Origin: Octopus vulgaris
Taxonomy: Eukaryota
Direction of reading: 5' to 3'
Length of the DNA: 64,000 nt
NCBI GenBank assembly: GCA_951406725.2
Contig: OX597818.1
Location: forward strand, 4,030,001 to 4,094,000
Part shown: piece after piece, positions 1 to 14,106 of the stretch
Layout: each line of letters opens with the position of its first letter
Numbering within the stretch: the stretch's first letter is position 1
Position numbers and translations under genes: made by a program
The notes under the pieces: model-generated
Seen by the model: the letters and a program-made list of their open reading frames with translations, nothing else
Database searches by the model: none
What the model was told of the DNA's origin: nothing

Positions 1-553
1 GTAGCCAGCCCACTTATGCATGCCTTTCCTTCCTTGGACACACGAAGATCTGTTGAGGCAAGTGAAGTCGAAAGTGAACCAATCCTATGACTGGCACCCG
101 GCAGTTGCCAGTGCCGCTGGACTGACTTCTGTGAAGGTGGCAAGTAAAGAAACACCGTTTCGACCCTGTGCTTGAGGAGACCTATTGAGTCAAGTACATC
201 AACATCAAAAATTGATGGAAATTGTAGCTGTGATCCCTGTGCCAGTGGCACGTAAAAAGCACTATCCGAACGTGGTCAATGCCAGCGCCGCCTTGACTGG
301 CTTCTGTGCTGGTGGCACGTAAAAAGCACCAATCCGATCGTGGCTGTTGCCAGCCTCGTCTGGCACCTGTGCCGGTGGCACGTAAAAAGCACCCACTACA
401 CTCACTGAGTGGTTGGCGTTAGGAAGGGTATCCAGCTGTAGAAACACTGCCAGATCAGACTGGAGTCTGGTGCAGCCTTCTGGCTTCCCAGAACCCGGAT
501 GAACTGTCCAACCCATGCTAGCAAGGAAAACGAATGTTAAACGATGATGATGA
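1..553 (+). mobile_element. RTE 3' UTR copy
   Basis: Colinear with 46290-46940; ends GTTAAACGATGATGATG. Confidence 0.9.
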
Positions 554-556
554 CAT

Positions 557-1090
557 TAGGTCATCCCATAAATAATGCATATATTTTCAATTGCATGAAA
601 AAGTTGGAGAAGGACGAGACGAAATACCTGCATCAACTTGCTATAAAAGCAGGTAGAAATTTTACCATGTACTTATTCTTAGTGCAGTTTGATTTTAACA
701 GTTATTTTTTCAAAGCTATAATGGAAGTAGCAAAGGAGCATATCTGGCATATTTTCTTTCTCAGTTCAATACAGGCAACAATGCAACGAAATGTGCAAGG
801 AATATTAATGCAGTATATGGGAATCAGACAAGCATAAGCCAGTGTCAACGGTGTTTCCTGAAAATCTAAGCTGGAAACTACAACCTAGAAGATGAGCCTT
901 GTCTTGGAAGATCTGTGGAGCTCAATGATGACACCCTGCAAACCCTGATGGAACAAAATCTCATTGTAACTGTTGAGGAACTAGAAGAGAAGACTGAATT
1001 TGGTCATTCAACCATTCATCGACACCTGCATACCATTGGAAAAGTCAGCAAATTGGGTCAATGGGGTCCTCACAAACATTCTGAATCTAT
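557..1090 (+). mobile_element. Degenerate mariner 5' fragment
   Basis: LEDEP..GRS, HSTIHRHLHTIGKVSKLGQWGPHK (WVPHEL-like); frameshifted. Confidence 0.75.
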
Positions 1091-3127
1091 TATTTACAGC
1101 TGACAGATATTTGTCTCCATCATGTTGTTAACAACGTTACAGATGATATACTTGCCAGCCTTCATCAGGTGCCTTGGGGAAATTGCGAACCTGGGTTTGC
1201 ATTCCTAAGGTATTTTTCAATGTTGTTGTTATTATTATTTAGGTCACTGCTTGGAATCGAACTTGGAATCTTGGGGTTTGTAGCCTATTGTAATGGGAAG
1301 AGCCCTTATGGTAGGGAAAAAAATTAATGAAACTATTTTGAAATGAAAAGGCATATGATTTAAGGAAGATTTTGCTGCTGTTCCTAGCATGTTAACAGGT
1401 TGTCATGGAATGTGCTAGAAACAGCAGCTAAATCTTTAACTCACATGCCTTTTCGTCTCAAAAGTATTTTCATAAATATTTTTCATACAATAGATTTTTC
1501 TCACTGTTTTTAAGTGCTTAGTAGAAATAGCCATTTTTAATAGTTCATTAAAGTATTGAAATGGTGACACATACCATAATCCCATACCTACATCAATTGT
1601 GCCAAAACACAAGTTTTTGTGGTTGTAGTTTTGGATTTAGCTAGGTCTGAAAATAACTACAAAATCAACCATTTGTTAAATGTAACAAAATAGGCAACTA
1701 TTAATTTGTGCAATTTGAAACTGATTTTCACCTCACTTTCAAAGATATAACATCACAAATACAGTTACTTATTTAGGCAAATTTCAACGAATTCAATGAC
1801 CATTCAAATTGTCATATTTCCTAAAATATTCCATCTAAATTTCACAAATGGGGTATCAAAATTTTTGTTTCTGGATGCACTTCAAGAAAAAGTACAGTAG
1901 AAATAACATCTAAATATCTTAAAAATTTCAGTGATACCTAGTCTAAGTCAATTATGTGCAATTAATAAATAGTCATGTCTTTCTCTCTGCCTCTTTTTAT
2001 CTGTATATGTATATTTCTGAACCTGCACACATGTGCATGTATGCCTTCATTACTAAGTCAACAGTATCAAAATCATCAGTGTCCAAATAGCTGCACCCAG
2101 TCATCTTATTCTGCTTTAGAACAGAGTCCCAAGTATCAGGAAATAAGTCTCATTCAAAATATATTTTGGATGTGAAAGCTGCCATATATGTTGGTTTACA
2201 ATATATATATAAAAAAAAAAAAAAAAAAAAACTTGGGATGGGAATTGAACGACACAATCACTGTAACCTGGATGCCTTTGATTACATAACATTGAAGTAA
2301 CTTTCCAACTGCCTAAGTGAGAAGTGAGAATCCTATTTACATGCTCACAATTGTAGAACCATCATGAACTATGAATATAATACTATTCAATATTTTTGAG
2401 ATGAGGAATTATGTACATTATTTACAATGGATGGATAGGTGTTTGTTGTGATAATAAATGTGAGGACACCTATCTGTCCATTGTAAATAATGAACTATGA
2501 ATATATTCATCTTAAAAACACACAAGTGTTAAATTCACTAAATTATCAGGAGCAGTCTAAATTTGCATTGTACAACTGCAACCTGGTCACTAACTCGGTT
2601 CCACTGTAACTGCTTGACAGTCTTTAATAGCCAGTTTCTTAAAGCCCTTTGTTTTCATCATTATTTTTCTCATTCTTGTTTGCTAAGCAACATGGACTTG
2701 TATGTAGATTGCCCACAACCCTATGATATTGGTCATTAGCTGGCTATCAGCAGATAGTTTCAGTTTACATTTTTTTTCAACACTATCAGCATTTCACCTA
2801 TTTTCTTTTCTCCCTGCCTTCCTTGTAATCATTTTCTATACATACTTCCAGCTTGCAATCTGCTATTCATAAAACATAAGGTATGTATAAATATTTCTCT
2901 GAGATTTAAGTTTTTTCCTCTCATCTCTTGAAGATTGATAAGATGTGAGCGACAGCAATTGCAGAAGCCCATTACTCATGCATTTGTTTATATATATATA
3001 TCCTGCCCAGCTGATAAAGTAATTATCACAGTAAGCCAAAATAGAATATATAAAAGTCCTACAAATGCACAAAGTAATGTCAAAATTAAAAAATCCAAAT
3101 ATATAATTGAGATTTAATAACACTTAC

Positions 3128-3190
3128 CCTTCGTATAGGACCAAACACTTCAAACTCTCGTCGTAGTTTTGATTCACTTGTGTCATAATT
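3128..3190 (-). CDS. SNRNP70: SNRNP70 coding exon 5 ([21 protein letters not shown]); gene continues beyond the left edge
   Basis: 63 nt; tctatttcag acceptor, AGG|gtaagt donor; matches U1-70[18 protein letters not shown]. The next exon (RNP1, RGYAFIEY) was not found in 1-3127. Confidence 0.96.
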
Positions 3191-3792
3191 CTGAAATAGA
3201 AACTGGCCTTAGTTTTATCTCATAAATAAAAATTCATGTTAATCCACATTTCCCTGCTTACTAGTCAAACAACCAGTTTCAGTCTTTGTTATGTTTTCCA
3301 ATGTCTATAATAGATGAATCAAATGCAGAAAGAAAATAAGAATTTAAATTGAAGAGTATACTCCAAAAACCAATAAGATTTGGAATATATATGTATTTTG
3401 GGTCATCTTACAAATAATGTGGTTCTTTTATACTTCTATTATATTTCAAAATTAAGATGAAGTTCTTTTTTAATCTAAAATATACTCTCCATTTTCTACG
3501 ATGCTCTTCCATATCTATCTAGTAGACTTGCAAGGCTCCTCTTCCAAAATTCACTTGTTTGTAATGAAAAATACTTCCCCCACCCCAGTACTTTTCTGAC
3601 CTCGTCTACAAAATTCATATTCTTTCTGTCCAAATGATTTTGAAGATTTAGGGACCCAGACTGACAAATGCTAGATCAATGGCTAACTAAATACTTCTGC
3701 TGTAGATGAGCTCACTAAGAATATGGCATCAGTAGTACCTCTTCCAGGCATAAAGTGGAACTGAAACTCATCTCAGTTCATTTTGTTCTTAA

Positions 3793-6701
3793 CCCTTTCG
3801 TTACTAACCTGGCCGTAACCGTCCAAAAAATTCTTTGGTTCATAATACAACCAGGCCGAGAGAACCTATTGTTATTTAAATGTAAATTTAAACCCAAATC
3901 TTGGTGGTACATTCATTAAAACACGTGATTTCACTTTGTAAATAGTTGGGTTATAGTATACGACATTGCTTGACGTGATATCTCAACTCAGTGAATTTTG
4001 GGAGCTTTTTTTCCACATCGATTTTTCTTCAACTTTGAAAATGGATAGGAGTTTCATGTTATCAAGTTGATTCCGAATTAAAAGCTTTTCAACGGAAAAT
4101 AGGGAGATATTGAGAAAAAGAATGCATGAGGTACAAAAGCACGTGGTGTACAATAATGAATAGGATATTTCTTTATCCGAAACTGAAAGCAGCGATTCCG
4201 AAGAAACAAAGCGGCGATAGCGACAGCAAAGACGATTTTACATCAAAATGAAGTAAAAAACTTTAAAAATGTTTTTATTAGCAATTTTTCTGAGGAGATA
4301 GAGTTTATCTACAGTCTTTCTTAGGCAGCGAAACCATTAGACTTTTACTTTTTTCAGTATGCTTGTTTGAAGCGATCACTGCAGAAACAAACTGTCATGC
4401 AGAATGTAAACAAACACAAAATGGGGGATCAAAGTTCAGAAAATTTGTGAAGCAAATACTGGGTACTGCTGTGGATTTAGTTTTTATACAGGGAAAATAA
4501 TGTTAGTCAGCATGGCCTAGTGAACGATGTGGTCTGGAATTTATCACTTCCATACCATAACCAGGGCCGAATATTATTTTTTGACCGATTTCTTTAGTTC
4601 GGTCAAACTTGCGGTGGATTCCAGTATTTCAGTTTATTCCACCTTTATGGTACACCTGTTCTGTTGTGCATTAAATTCAACTGATGATCTAGTGATGTGC
4701 ACAATTCTTCTTTATCAAAATTTTGTTGCATACCCAATTGAATATTAGCTGATGATTCATTTTCTATGATGATGTTTAACCCTTTAGTGTTCAAACCGGC
4801 CGTAACCGGCCAGAATTAATTCCCCTTAATTCAAACCGGCCAAATCCAGCCATAAACAACCACTCTACGAAATCGCTAAAAAAATAAACAAATCATGTTA
4901 TTAAATTTTCATAGCTTTGAGATAATGTGAGATGAAGCCTTTCCCGCCTTTATTCAAGTATAAATACTGTGAAATTGTTTCGACCACATGGTTATTTCCA
5001 TGAGTCTGATATTGATATCAGTGATTACTCGTCGGACGAAGATTTCGATAACGAAAGTGAAGAAAATGAAAGTCATGAAAACGATAGTGTAAACAAGGCA
5101 ACATGGTCGAGAATTATGACACCAGTCACAATTTCTGATTTTACAGAAAACACTGGTCCACAACATAATTTACCTCCTGATGCTCAACCACTGGATTATC
5201 TATTTTTATTTTTGCAAATGTTGCAGAGCAAACAAACAAATATGTGCAACATTTAATTTCTGTTCGTGGAAGACAGATTTTATTTCTGTCTTCTAACGAA
5301 CAAACTGGTGTTGGGGCTGAGGGGAAACCCCTCGTGAATATTTGCTACAACAAATATATGGGAAGAAATGGTGGAGGTACATTTTGTGGTTTTTAGTTAA
5401 TTTAACTATAGTAAATACACATTGTATACGTAAAAAGCCACAAAGTACCTCTGCCACCGAAAGACTACGACCACTTGAAATGTTGGGTTGACATTGCATC
5501 TCAGTTACGTGAAGGGTTTTCTTCTAGAAGCACAGAACTGGGAGAAAAGCAAAATTAACTGAGGTGGATGTCAACAGAGAAAATATTGACACTTTCATCA
5601 AATGGAAAAAATAAATGGAAGGAACAAAGTGTGCAGACTGTGTTCGCAAAAAAAAAGAAAAACTGCAAAAGGGTACCAGATCGAGACTTCATACATGTGT
5701 TTGTTTTGCCAAGTGCCCTTGAGTAAAAGGTGCTTTGGACAATTTCACGACAGAAATATGCCATAAATGTATAATTTTGCATATTCCTTTTAATTTTATA
5801 ATATAATATGTGAAAGTGAGAACTACATATTAATTTTCAGTATGTTACACACCTGTAATCACCTATGTCTTACCTGTTAATGAGATTTTTTTTATTAGAT
5901 GCATTCTGTTACGTGAATGAATTCATTAAATTGTATAAGAGTGCAAAGCCAATGGTATATTGACTAGTAAAAGAGTTTTGTACTTTCTTTTCAATGATGT
6001 TTGAATGAAATATAGAAAAAGAGTAAAATCTTGTACCGATTACACCTGTATTTTAATTAATTCAAATTAATGTACCTCATCTTGAAAAAAGTAAAATTGT
6101 TGGCCGTTAACATCTGGGATAATTTTAGCAGCAAACCAAACAGGTAAGATGTATTAAGAATATGAATTTTAGTGTTTATTCATAATGTTATTGTTTTTAC
6201 ACCTGTTAATTAAATTTACCTGCCCATAAAAGTCAAATTTAGTGAGAAAGACCAGCTAAAATTATGTAATTATAAACCACTGGCATATAAGCACCCATTT
6301 ACAAAGTTTCAAAGCTGTATGTAGAAAATTAACAAAGTTACAAGTAAATATTGTGGACACCCCACTTGAACCTGAATAAATCAAAATTAATCTGAACAGA
6401 TAAGCATTACATTTGACAAATTAATCTGAACACTAAAGGGTTAAACAATATTTTTATATTTTTACCTTTTGCTCAATTTACCTGGATTTACCTGTAATTA
6501 TAGTCACTTTGAGACAAAAGTTATGCAATAGAATTGATTAAAAACCCTTTCTTTAATTATGTTCCAAATATCACATTAATATGTTGATAAGTAAAAAAGT
6601 TACAGTTATTTAATGAAACAAGCCTAAATTCATGATTATTTTAGAATTTAATTGAAACTCATGAGGGGTGTATTTTGGTTAGAAATATAGTAACAAATGG
6701 G
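3793..6701 (+). mobile_element. Non-autonomous piggyBac-family element (outer)
   Basis: TTAA|CCCTTTCGTTAC ... GTAACAAATGGG|TTAA; interrupts an RTE remnant. Confidence 0.85.
4780..6440 (+). mobile_element. Second piggyBac-family element nested in the first
   Basis: TTAA|CCCTTTAGTGTTCA ... TGAACACTAAAGGG|TTAA; acidic N-terminal and FTENTGP transposase remnants. Confidence 0.88.
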
Positions 6702-7777
6702 TTAAGTGTGCTATAATTCTTTCTATAACTTGCATATCCTTGTCTGTTTGATACCTGTGACTGCCTCTTTCTAATGCATCTCCTTTGCTCTTGTAGCAGC
6801 ACACAAGGATACCTTTATACCAGTCATTGCATATAACATCTTCCTGTAATGACCAATGGCAAATGTAAAGGATATGCTCTACTTCACTAGCTATTACAAA
6901 TAATTGCAGTTATTCAGTGAATGCCTAGAATGTACCCTATTTTGATAAATATTTTAATAATTTCAGTAATTCATCCAGAAGAACAAGCTGCCTTTCCAAC
7001 CTTCATATCCTTCACTGCACTTGGAACATAATGCTTTTAACTTGAATGGCCTGTCTCCGTTGGGTCAACTTGGAATAGATACTATTTCTCCTATGCATTC
7101 TCCACATTCAACCATATCTCTTAATAGCATTTCCCTCTTTCTTTCAGTAAATGCATACACAGGCCATACAACATGGAAAGTGTGCTAGAGGAAAGTGAGA
7201 TTCAAGAGCTGTGAACAGATGCACACTAAAACAAGAGACCAATGAGGGAACAATCTGAAATTCTACAAAAGTAGCAGCCAAATTCTGTACACATTTCTCC
7301 CTATTAGCATCATCATTCTCTCTGGCACACTGCTTGGCAGTCTGGACTGCATGTAAGAATCAAAAGTGTACATAGACATGCATACATATGCAAACACACA
7401 TTAAAATAATCATAAACCAATAAGAGGGCCACTGAGTAGTAGTTTGAAAAACAAAAAAAGAAAAAGAGGCAAATCTCCATGTGACAAAAGAACTTTGACA
7501 AACTAATAATAATAAAGCTAAAGTGAAGATCAAGTAAATAGCAGTATTTTATGACTAAATGTTCTTTACAATGCCAAACTGTTTTCAAACAAGGTACGCA
7601 ATTCCAATGATCTGCTGTCAAAGTGATGTCCAATGAAAACTTACAAAGACAAACACACACTTTATAAACATACAAGATGAGTTTCTGCAGTGTGTCAAAC
7701 AAAATTTGACAAAGAATTAACTCTAGCAATGCAAAAATATAGGATAAAAATAATATTAAACAATCAAAAATACTTAC

Positions 7778-7842
7778 AATTCTAGCAACGAATAAAGTTT
7801 TGTAAGGATCAGATGTACTGTCTGGAATGTTGTGTGGATCCC
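7778..7842 (-). CDS. SNRNP70: SNRNP70 coding exon 4 (W-DPHNIPDSTSDPYKTLFVARI), start of RRM
   Basis: 65 nt; tattaaag acceptor, gtaagt donor; DPYKTLFVARI is the RNP2 region of the U1-70K RRM. Confidence 0.96.
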
Positions 7843-8937
7843 CTTTAATAAAAACAACGAACTCATATTTATATGGATACAAAAGATATTAAGGGAAATA
7901 TCTCGCTCAGCATTTAGATTAATCACATTACATATAAGATCAATATACAATTAAGAGGTTAGTAAAGGCTCAGTATATGTTACATTAGCATATTAGATTT
8001 GTATGAGAAAACTTTCTATAACAAAAGCCTCTCCAAGTAGATGATTCAGCAGAAAATACCTTAAAACGACTGCATTATTTTTTTTTTAAAATTCAAATAG
8101 TTATAGTGCCTTTACTGGTGGTCAAATCATTGTGAAAATTCTTAGTATTGCAGAAAATACTTTTTTTTAAATATAAAAAGGCATTTATGCAAGTGTGATT
8201 GTTAATTCAATAAAAAACAATTAAAACAGGAGAAAAAGAGATTTTAGTAGTAAATTAAAATGTAGTTAAACATTCCCCTTGTACTTTTTATAGCTGATTC
8301 CGTATGAAAGTTACTAAGAATCCTTTGAACCCATGAGCAGGCATTAGCAGACCCAACTTTACCTATACCCACTGGAAGACATAGTTTACCAGTATACAGA
8401 AAGACCATGTTGATTCAAGTGGAGGATACCACATTCATATTATTTGCTCGAGAGAAGATTCAATAAATGGTCATTACAAGATTCATTACCATACAATTTC
8501 AGTTGGCAGGTTGTTTGCAGGTTCAGCAGTTTTTTCACCCCATCTGTTGAAATCTACCACTTCATTAGTTTAGAGCCTTTATCACGAGAGACACTCTTGT
8601 ATTGGCTTTCTGGTGCAAAATGCACTCATGTATATACCATGAGAGTGCATTTTGCACCAACTGACCATTACATTTTATCACAGCCACATCAACTGAAGGT
8701 TTTACAAGGTTCATAATGGGAAGAAAATCTCTTTCCAGCTTTATTCAAAATTAAGGGTACTTTTATGAAGATTCTCATGGTCAAGATAGAATTTTGTACG
8801 TACTCATAAGGATGAAAAAAATTGAATAACTTGATTGTACCTATTACTAAACATTATTTCAGCTACTGTTGGTTGCCCCAAATTCAAGTTCCTTTCTCAA
8901 ATAGCAGCAACAACATACAAATATGTATGGATTTCAT

Positions 8938-9283
8938 CAGAGCAGCCAACTGGCTTCCGTGCCGGTGGCATGTAAAAGGGCACCATTCGAGTGTGATCGT
9001 TACAAACATCGCCTTACTGGCACCTGTGCTGGTGGCACGTGTAAAAAGATTCGAGTGAGGTCGTTGCCAGTACCGCCCGACTGGCCCCCGTGCCAGTGGC
9101 ATGTAAAAAGCACCCACTACACTCTCGGGGTGGTTGGCGTTAGGATGGGCATCCAGCTGTAGAAACTCTGCCAAATCAAGATTGGAGCCTGGTGCAGCCA
9201 TCTGATTTGCCAGCCCTTAGTCAAAATCGTCCAACCCTTGCCAGCATGGAAAGCAGACGTTAAACGATGATGATGATGATGTA
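8938..9283 (+). mobile_element. RTE 3' UTR copy
   Basis: Three GTGCCGGTGGCA modules and a (GAT)n tail. Confidence 0.9.
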
Positions 9284-9866
9284 GGAACAAACCTGACTGG
9301 ATCCATTTTATTTCACACATAAATTTGTTGAGCAATCTTAACCAAATCCAATGGGAAAGTTAAAAAGAGAAAGAAAGTTTTCACAAGTGTCAAAGGTATT
9401 TTAAAACCAACAACCTATAAAAGGTTGTTTCATGACTGATAGTGGTTAACCAGTAAAATCTTCTCAGAGTCATCTGATGAAAAATAAGACTAGTCATACA
9501 TATGGATGGAAAAAGATATAGTTATCCCCAAAGCTAACAGCTGATCTAAGTGAAAAAAAAAACCCCAGATTCCTTCCCCTTGTAAAAATTTAGCAACAAT
9601 TAGATGTTAATTACACATATCACAATGCAAATAAATGACATAAGAGAAATAGTGATTCAAGATCAGCTGACCAATGTGGTGCAGTGCAGATTTATGTCAT
9701 ACAAGAGATTAAGAATTTAAAGTTGTGTGATGTAAATGAAGGTACTACTAATTTACCATCCACTTTCTGCAATCAGTTTAACGGCAACTAGACATCAGTA
9801 AGTCAAAATTTATAAAATCATACATGTTCACAACAAGTATAAAACATAAAATCTCCATATACTTAC

Positions 9867-9921
9867 ACAGTGCTAAATCCTGTTCAAGTTTATAAGCGAT
9901 CTGTTCTACTCTCTCTTTGCG
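9867..9921 (-). CDS. SNRNP70: SNRNP70 coding exon 3 (RKERVEQIAYKLEQDLAL-W)
   Basis: 55 nt; long poly-T tract then ctttcatag acceptor; gtaagt donor; phase 1 completes Trp with the next exon. Confidence 0.95.
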
Positions 9922-10284
9922 CTATGAAAGAAAAAAAAAAAAAAAAAACTATCTTAACATAACTCAAATTACCCTCATTCAGTAAAATAAAATGTAATAA
10001 TTTACAGACAACTGAAACTAACTGAATGTTTTCAAAGGTTTATATAATTGTGTGTATGTGTGTGTATGTGTATATTTTTTCAATAAGTGTACAAGCAACA
10101 CAGGAAAAATAGTTACTCGGATAGCAAAAGTTCACATAGGTACCAGGGATGTAACAGCCTACTTATAAAGGTAAAAATTCCAGGGCTAAGTGAAATGTTT
10201 TTGTATAACATAGATAAATAAATATATAAATAAATGGAGTTGAACGCAGGTTTTATTCAAATCTTAATACTTCCGACACATGTT

Positions 10285-11541
10285 TTGAAGAAAAGGGCTG
10301 CCGTTGGATATAAAAAAAAGGGGTGAAAAAATCCAACGGCAGAAAGGAAATCTGCTAGTGACCGCATACAGAGATAAGAGGCAGATAAATTTTCTATCTA
10401 CCAGTGCACAACCATGTGTAGATGAAAATGGCACCCCGTTTATGAACCTTGGTTATAACAGGTACATGGGCGGTGTGGATTGGCTGAACCAGATGATGAA
10501 TTATCATCCAGTTGGCAGAAGGGTAATAAATGGTGGCGATACCTGGTCTGGTATATAGTAAACATGAGCATTGTAAATGCATTTATATTATATATTAATC
10601 AGGAGGGGTTCACAAGCGGTGCGACTATCTGAAGTTCCAGGCAGGATATTCCTAAAAAAAAAAAAAAATGTAGGAAGGAAAAGCAAAACCTGCCAGAGAG
10701 ACATTCCTCTGAGTTCAGCCTATCTACATAAATTAGTAACAATCGGGGGTTGCAAAAGGCAGTGCTGTGAATGTCTACATCAACAAAGAAAAACTCCCAG
10801 TGGACGGCGAGTTGAAAAGTCATTCCAATGTGCATTCTGCGAGGTTGCAGTATGTAGAGTGGGATGTTCTACAACTTTCCATGATAGAAATATAGTGTAA
10901 ATATTGTTTGTATATATGTAAAATTAGATTGTATAAATATTTTTCAAATTTACTTAGTTTAACTTTTTATTTTAATTTACCTGTAATTTTAATTTGCCTG
11001 TAAGGTGAGTGACAAGTTTTGATTTAATTTCTATTGTAAATCTTTATTATATACGTTCCTGTGTATTCATGTATGTGTGTGAGTATATTTCATTCAGTTG
11101 TATTTAATTTTCTAGTTTTCTTAAAAAACAAATTCCAGTATTTTAGTTTATTTTACCTTTATGATACACCTGTTGTTCTGTGCATTAAATTCAACTGATA
11201 ATCTAGTGATGTGCACAATTCTTCTATATCAAAATTTTGTTGCATACCTCAATTAAATATTAGCTGAGGACTAATTTTCTATGGTAATGTTTAAACAAAA
11301 TTTAAATATTTTTTTACCTTTTGCTGGATTTACCTGTAATTAGAGTCACTTTGAGACAAAACTTATGCAATAGAATTGATTAAAAACCCTTTCTTCAATC
11401 ATGTTCCAAATATCACATTAATATGTTGATAAGTAAAAAAGTTACAGTTATTTAATGAAACTAGTCTAAATTCATGATTATTTTAGAATTTAATTGAAAC
11501 TCATGAGGTGTACTTTGGTCAGAAATATAGTAACGAAAGGG
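10285..11541 (+). mobile_element. piggyBac (PGBD4-like) transposase 3' remnant with right TIR
   Basis: YRDKRQINFLST, YNRYMGGVD and Cys-rich C-terminus (C..C ... C..CEVAVC..GC...FH); ends GTAACGAAAGGG; 3' part nearly identical to 4600-4779 plus 6445-6701. Confidence 0.88.
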
Positions 11542-11889
11542 ATAATATAGTATACACTGTTAAGTGGCTGGTGATAGGAAGGGCATACAACCACAGAAAC
11601 CACGCCACCACAACTGGAGTCTGGACAGCTCCATGTCAAACCATCCAACCCATGCCAACATGGAAAGTGGGCATTAAATGATTCTCCAAAGTTCCATCTG
11701 AGAATACTGTCAGGCTGCTGGCTAGTAGTTCTTACTTTCCACATGCAGCTTTTAATTTTCTGGGCAAATTATAATGAAACTCTTATTAACCACATACAAT
11801 ATTTGAAAAATTATTATAATTAATAATATATACAATTTTTGATGACTATGCTGGATAATTCAAGAATAAAAATAACAGATAAGATAATT

Positions 11890-12290
11890 AAATGACCTTG
11901 CTCTTACTGCAGAATCTTTGGTAGAATTGGTGAAGAAATTCCAGATATGGAAAGAAAACCAGGAATCAGAGGGCCTTAAAGTTAAGTGAGCTAAGACCGA
12001 AGTTGTTAATAAGATGATAAAACTCTTTCCACCAGGTAAATGGCCCTGCTCAATATGTAGGAAAAGATTTGGAAGAAAATCCATTCGCTGCACCCAGTAT
12101 AAACTAAGGACACATATGAAGTGCAGTGGAATCACAGGCAAAGTAACAGATGTGCGGGAACAATAAGCACTAAGAGCACACGGGACTTAGATTCTCTCAA
12201 ATGCTCAGGAGGCTTTCTTGAGGTTGTAGATAGTTTCTGTTACCTAGATGACCAAATCAGCAATGGTTGAGGATGCTCTCCGTTAGCCCC
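11890..12290 (+). mobile_element. Degenerate RTE internal fragment including PHD remnant
   Basis: DDLALTAESL, GKWPCSICRK..GRKSIRCTQ and EVVDSFCYL. Confidence 0.8.
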
Positions 12291-12894
12291 CAACCTCTGT
12301 GTTCCACTCATACACCCTATCTCACTGTATTATAATATCTGCTAGCGCCTGACCTGTGTGATTCACCCACAGGTAACAAAACTTTTCACTCGCCCTAGTG
12401 CAACAAGCCAATCTACTTCTCCACATTTCCTCCTTCATACACTATGCATAGCTTTCACACCCCAGTCCTGTCCTCATGGCACTGTTCCTCTGTATCATTG
12501 CTATCTGGCAGCCCCCACACTCTTTAATCACACTTCATTCACAATATCCTGCCACCTATATTATGGCATTTGAACCTCAAGGGTATGTGTTGGCACTTGT
12601 CAGTATCAATATCTTGCTCTTCCTTTACTCAACCATCACCTTTATATTCTGGTACCCGTCCGTTTTTAAGTATGCCCAGTATTTTGTCACCATCTCTATC
12701 CTGCACTTCCCTCAAGTTGGGTAACCTTTGCGGCAGCACACCCGTTTCTGTCTTTATTCCTGATCTCTCTTCCTCTCAGTCTGAGTAAACTTGTACCTCC
12801 TGAACAGCAAGACACCTGTTTCTGTCTCACTACAACCTTTCATCATCCAACACAAGATCACCTCCTCCAGTGCCCCCTCCCCTCTTGAAAGTTT

Positions 12895-13205
12895 ATATTG
12901 TCTTGCATGTACTTGATGACCCTGTCAGTAGAGGTGCCACTTAAAAGCACTCAGTCCACACTTTTAAGTGGTTGGTGTTCAGAAGGGCATCCAGCTGTAA
13001 AAACCTTGCCAAAACTGACTTCGTCTATGCTTGTGCCATGTAAAAAAGCACTAGTGGTAGGTGTTAGGAAGGGCACCTAGCCATAAAAATCCTGCTAAAA
13101 CAGCCTCAGAAGTCTGGTGCAGGCTTTTGCCTGGCCGGCTCTTGTGAAACCATCCCACCTATGCTAACAAGGAAGGCGGATGTTAAACGATTATGATGAT
13201 GAATG
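12895..13205 (+). mobile_element. RTE 3' UTR-derived repeat
   Basis: GGAAGGGCATCCAGCTGTA core and GTTAAACGATTATGATGATG tail. Confidence 0.75.
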
Positions 13206-14106
13206 ATATATACAATTCTTCATGACTATGCTGGATAATTAAAGAATAAAATCAACAGATAAGATAATTAAATACATATCTATTTATTATATCATACCTT
13301 TTTATAGGAATTAAGATTATGTAACAAAAAAAAATATACTATTCTTGATGGATAATTAAAAAATAAAAATTCTAGATAATTCCATGTTATGCTTAATCTA
13401 AGCTTAAATACTTTACATCACTATAAATAATTACTTACTCATTATGTTAAACACTTTAATAGGAATTAATCTTACTATATAATTAATTAAAAAATTATAA
13501 TTAATAGTTGAAATATTCGAATATCTTTTTAAATTTACAGCAACATCTTATATAGATCAGTGCCCAGCAAAATTCAATAAATAGGTATTTGGTTTCTTTT
13601 CTGTAATTTTTATTTTTTAATCATCCAGTAGAAGGGTGTATTATATTAAGTAAATAGGTAATTAATTACTTTGACATAAAGTATCCAAGTTTCTATTAAG
13701 CATTACGTAGTATTATTATCAGTAGTCTTTATTCTTTAGTAATCTATTAAGCATAACATAGAATTCTTGTTTGCAGTTTTTACTCTTTAGATGTCCAGTG
13801 ACTTCATCTACATTTGTTGATGAAGGTACTTAATTTTTAGGTTGTTATAGGTTTTTTTTTCTATGCAGATTTCAAACTGTCAAAAAGTATGGAATTAGTA
13901 TGATATTTTATATATTAGCTATTCAATGATGTTGTGCTTGGTTGAATGAATGAATGTCTGAAGTTAAATTTGATTTGACATTTCTTTTTGTTAGTGTTTT
14001 TTAACAGCTAAATGTATTTCACAATGTTCACTTAGAATTTCACCAATGTGGATTACCTTGATAACGTTGTATTGACAAATTGTTGTAGATAATATTATGT
14101 ATATAT

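Larger units (their letters stand above)
3400..7180 (-). mobile_element. Old RTE remnant split by the piggyBac insertion (approx. 3400-3788 and 6706-7180)
   Basis: Flanks read QVIERIIAHL on one side and F(M)PGRGTTDAIF-like on the other, colinear with the RTE ORF. Confidence 0.6.

Noticed and set aside
7313-7882. 189-aa ORF as a standalone gene
   Set aside because: Only 7778-7842 is coding (SNRNP70 exon); the rest is intron read-through.
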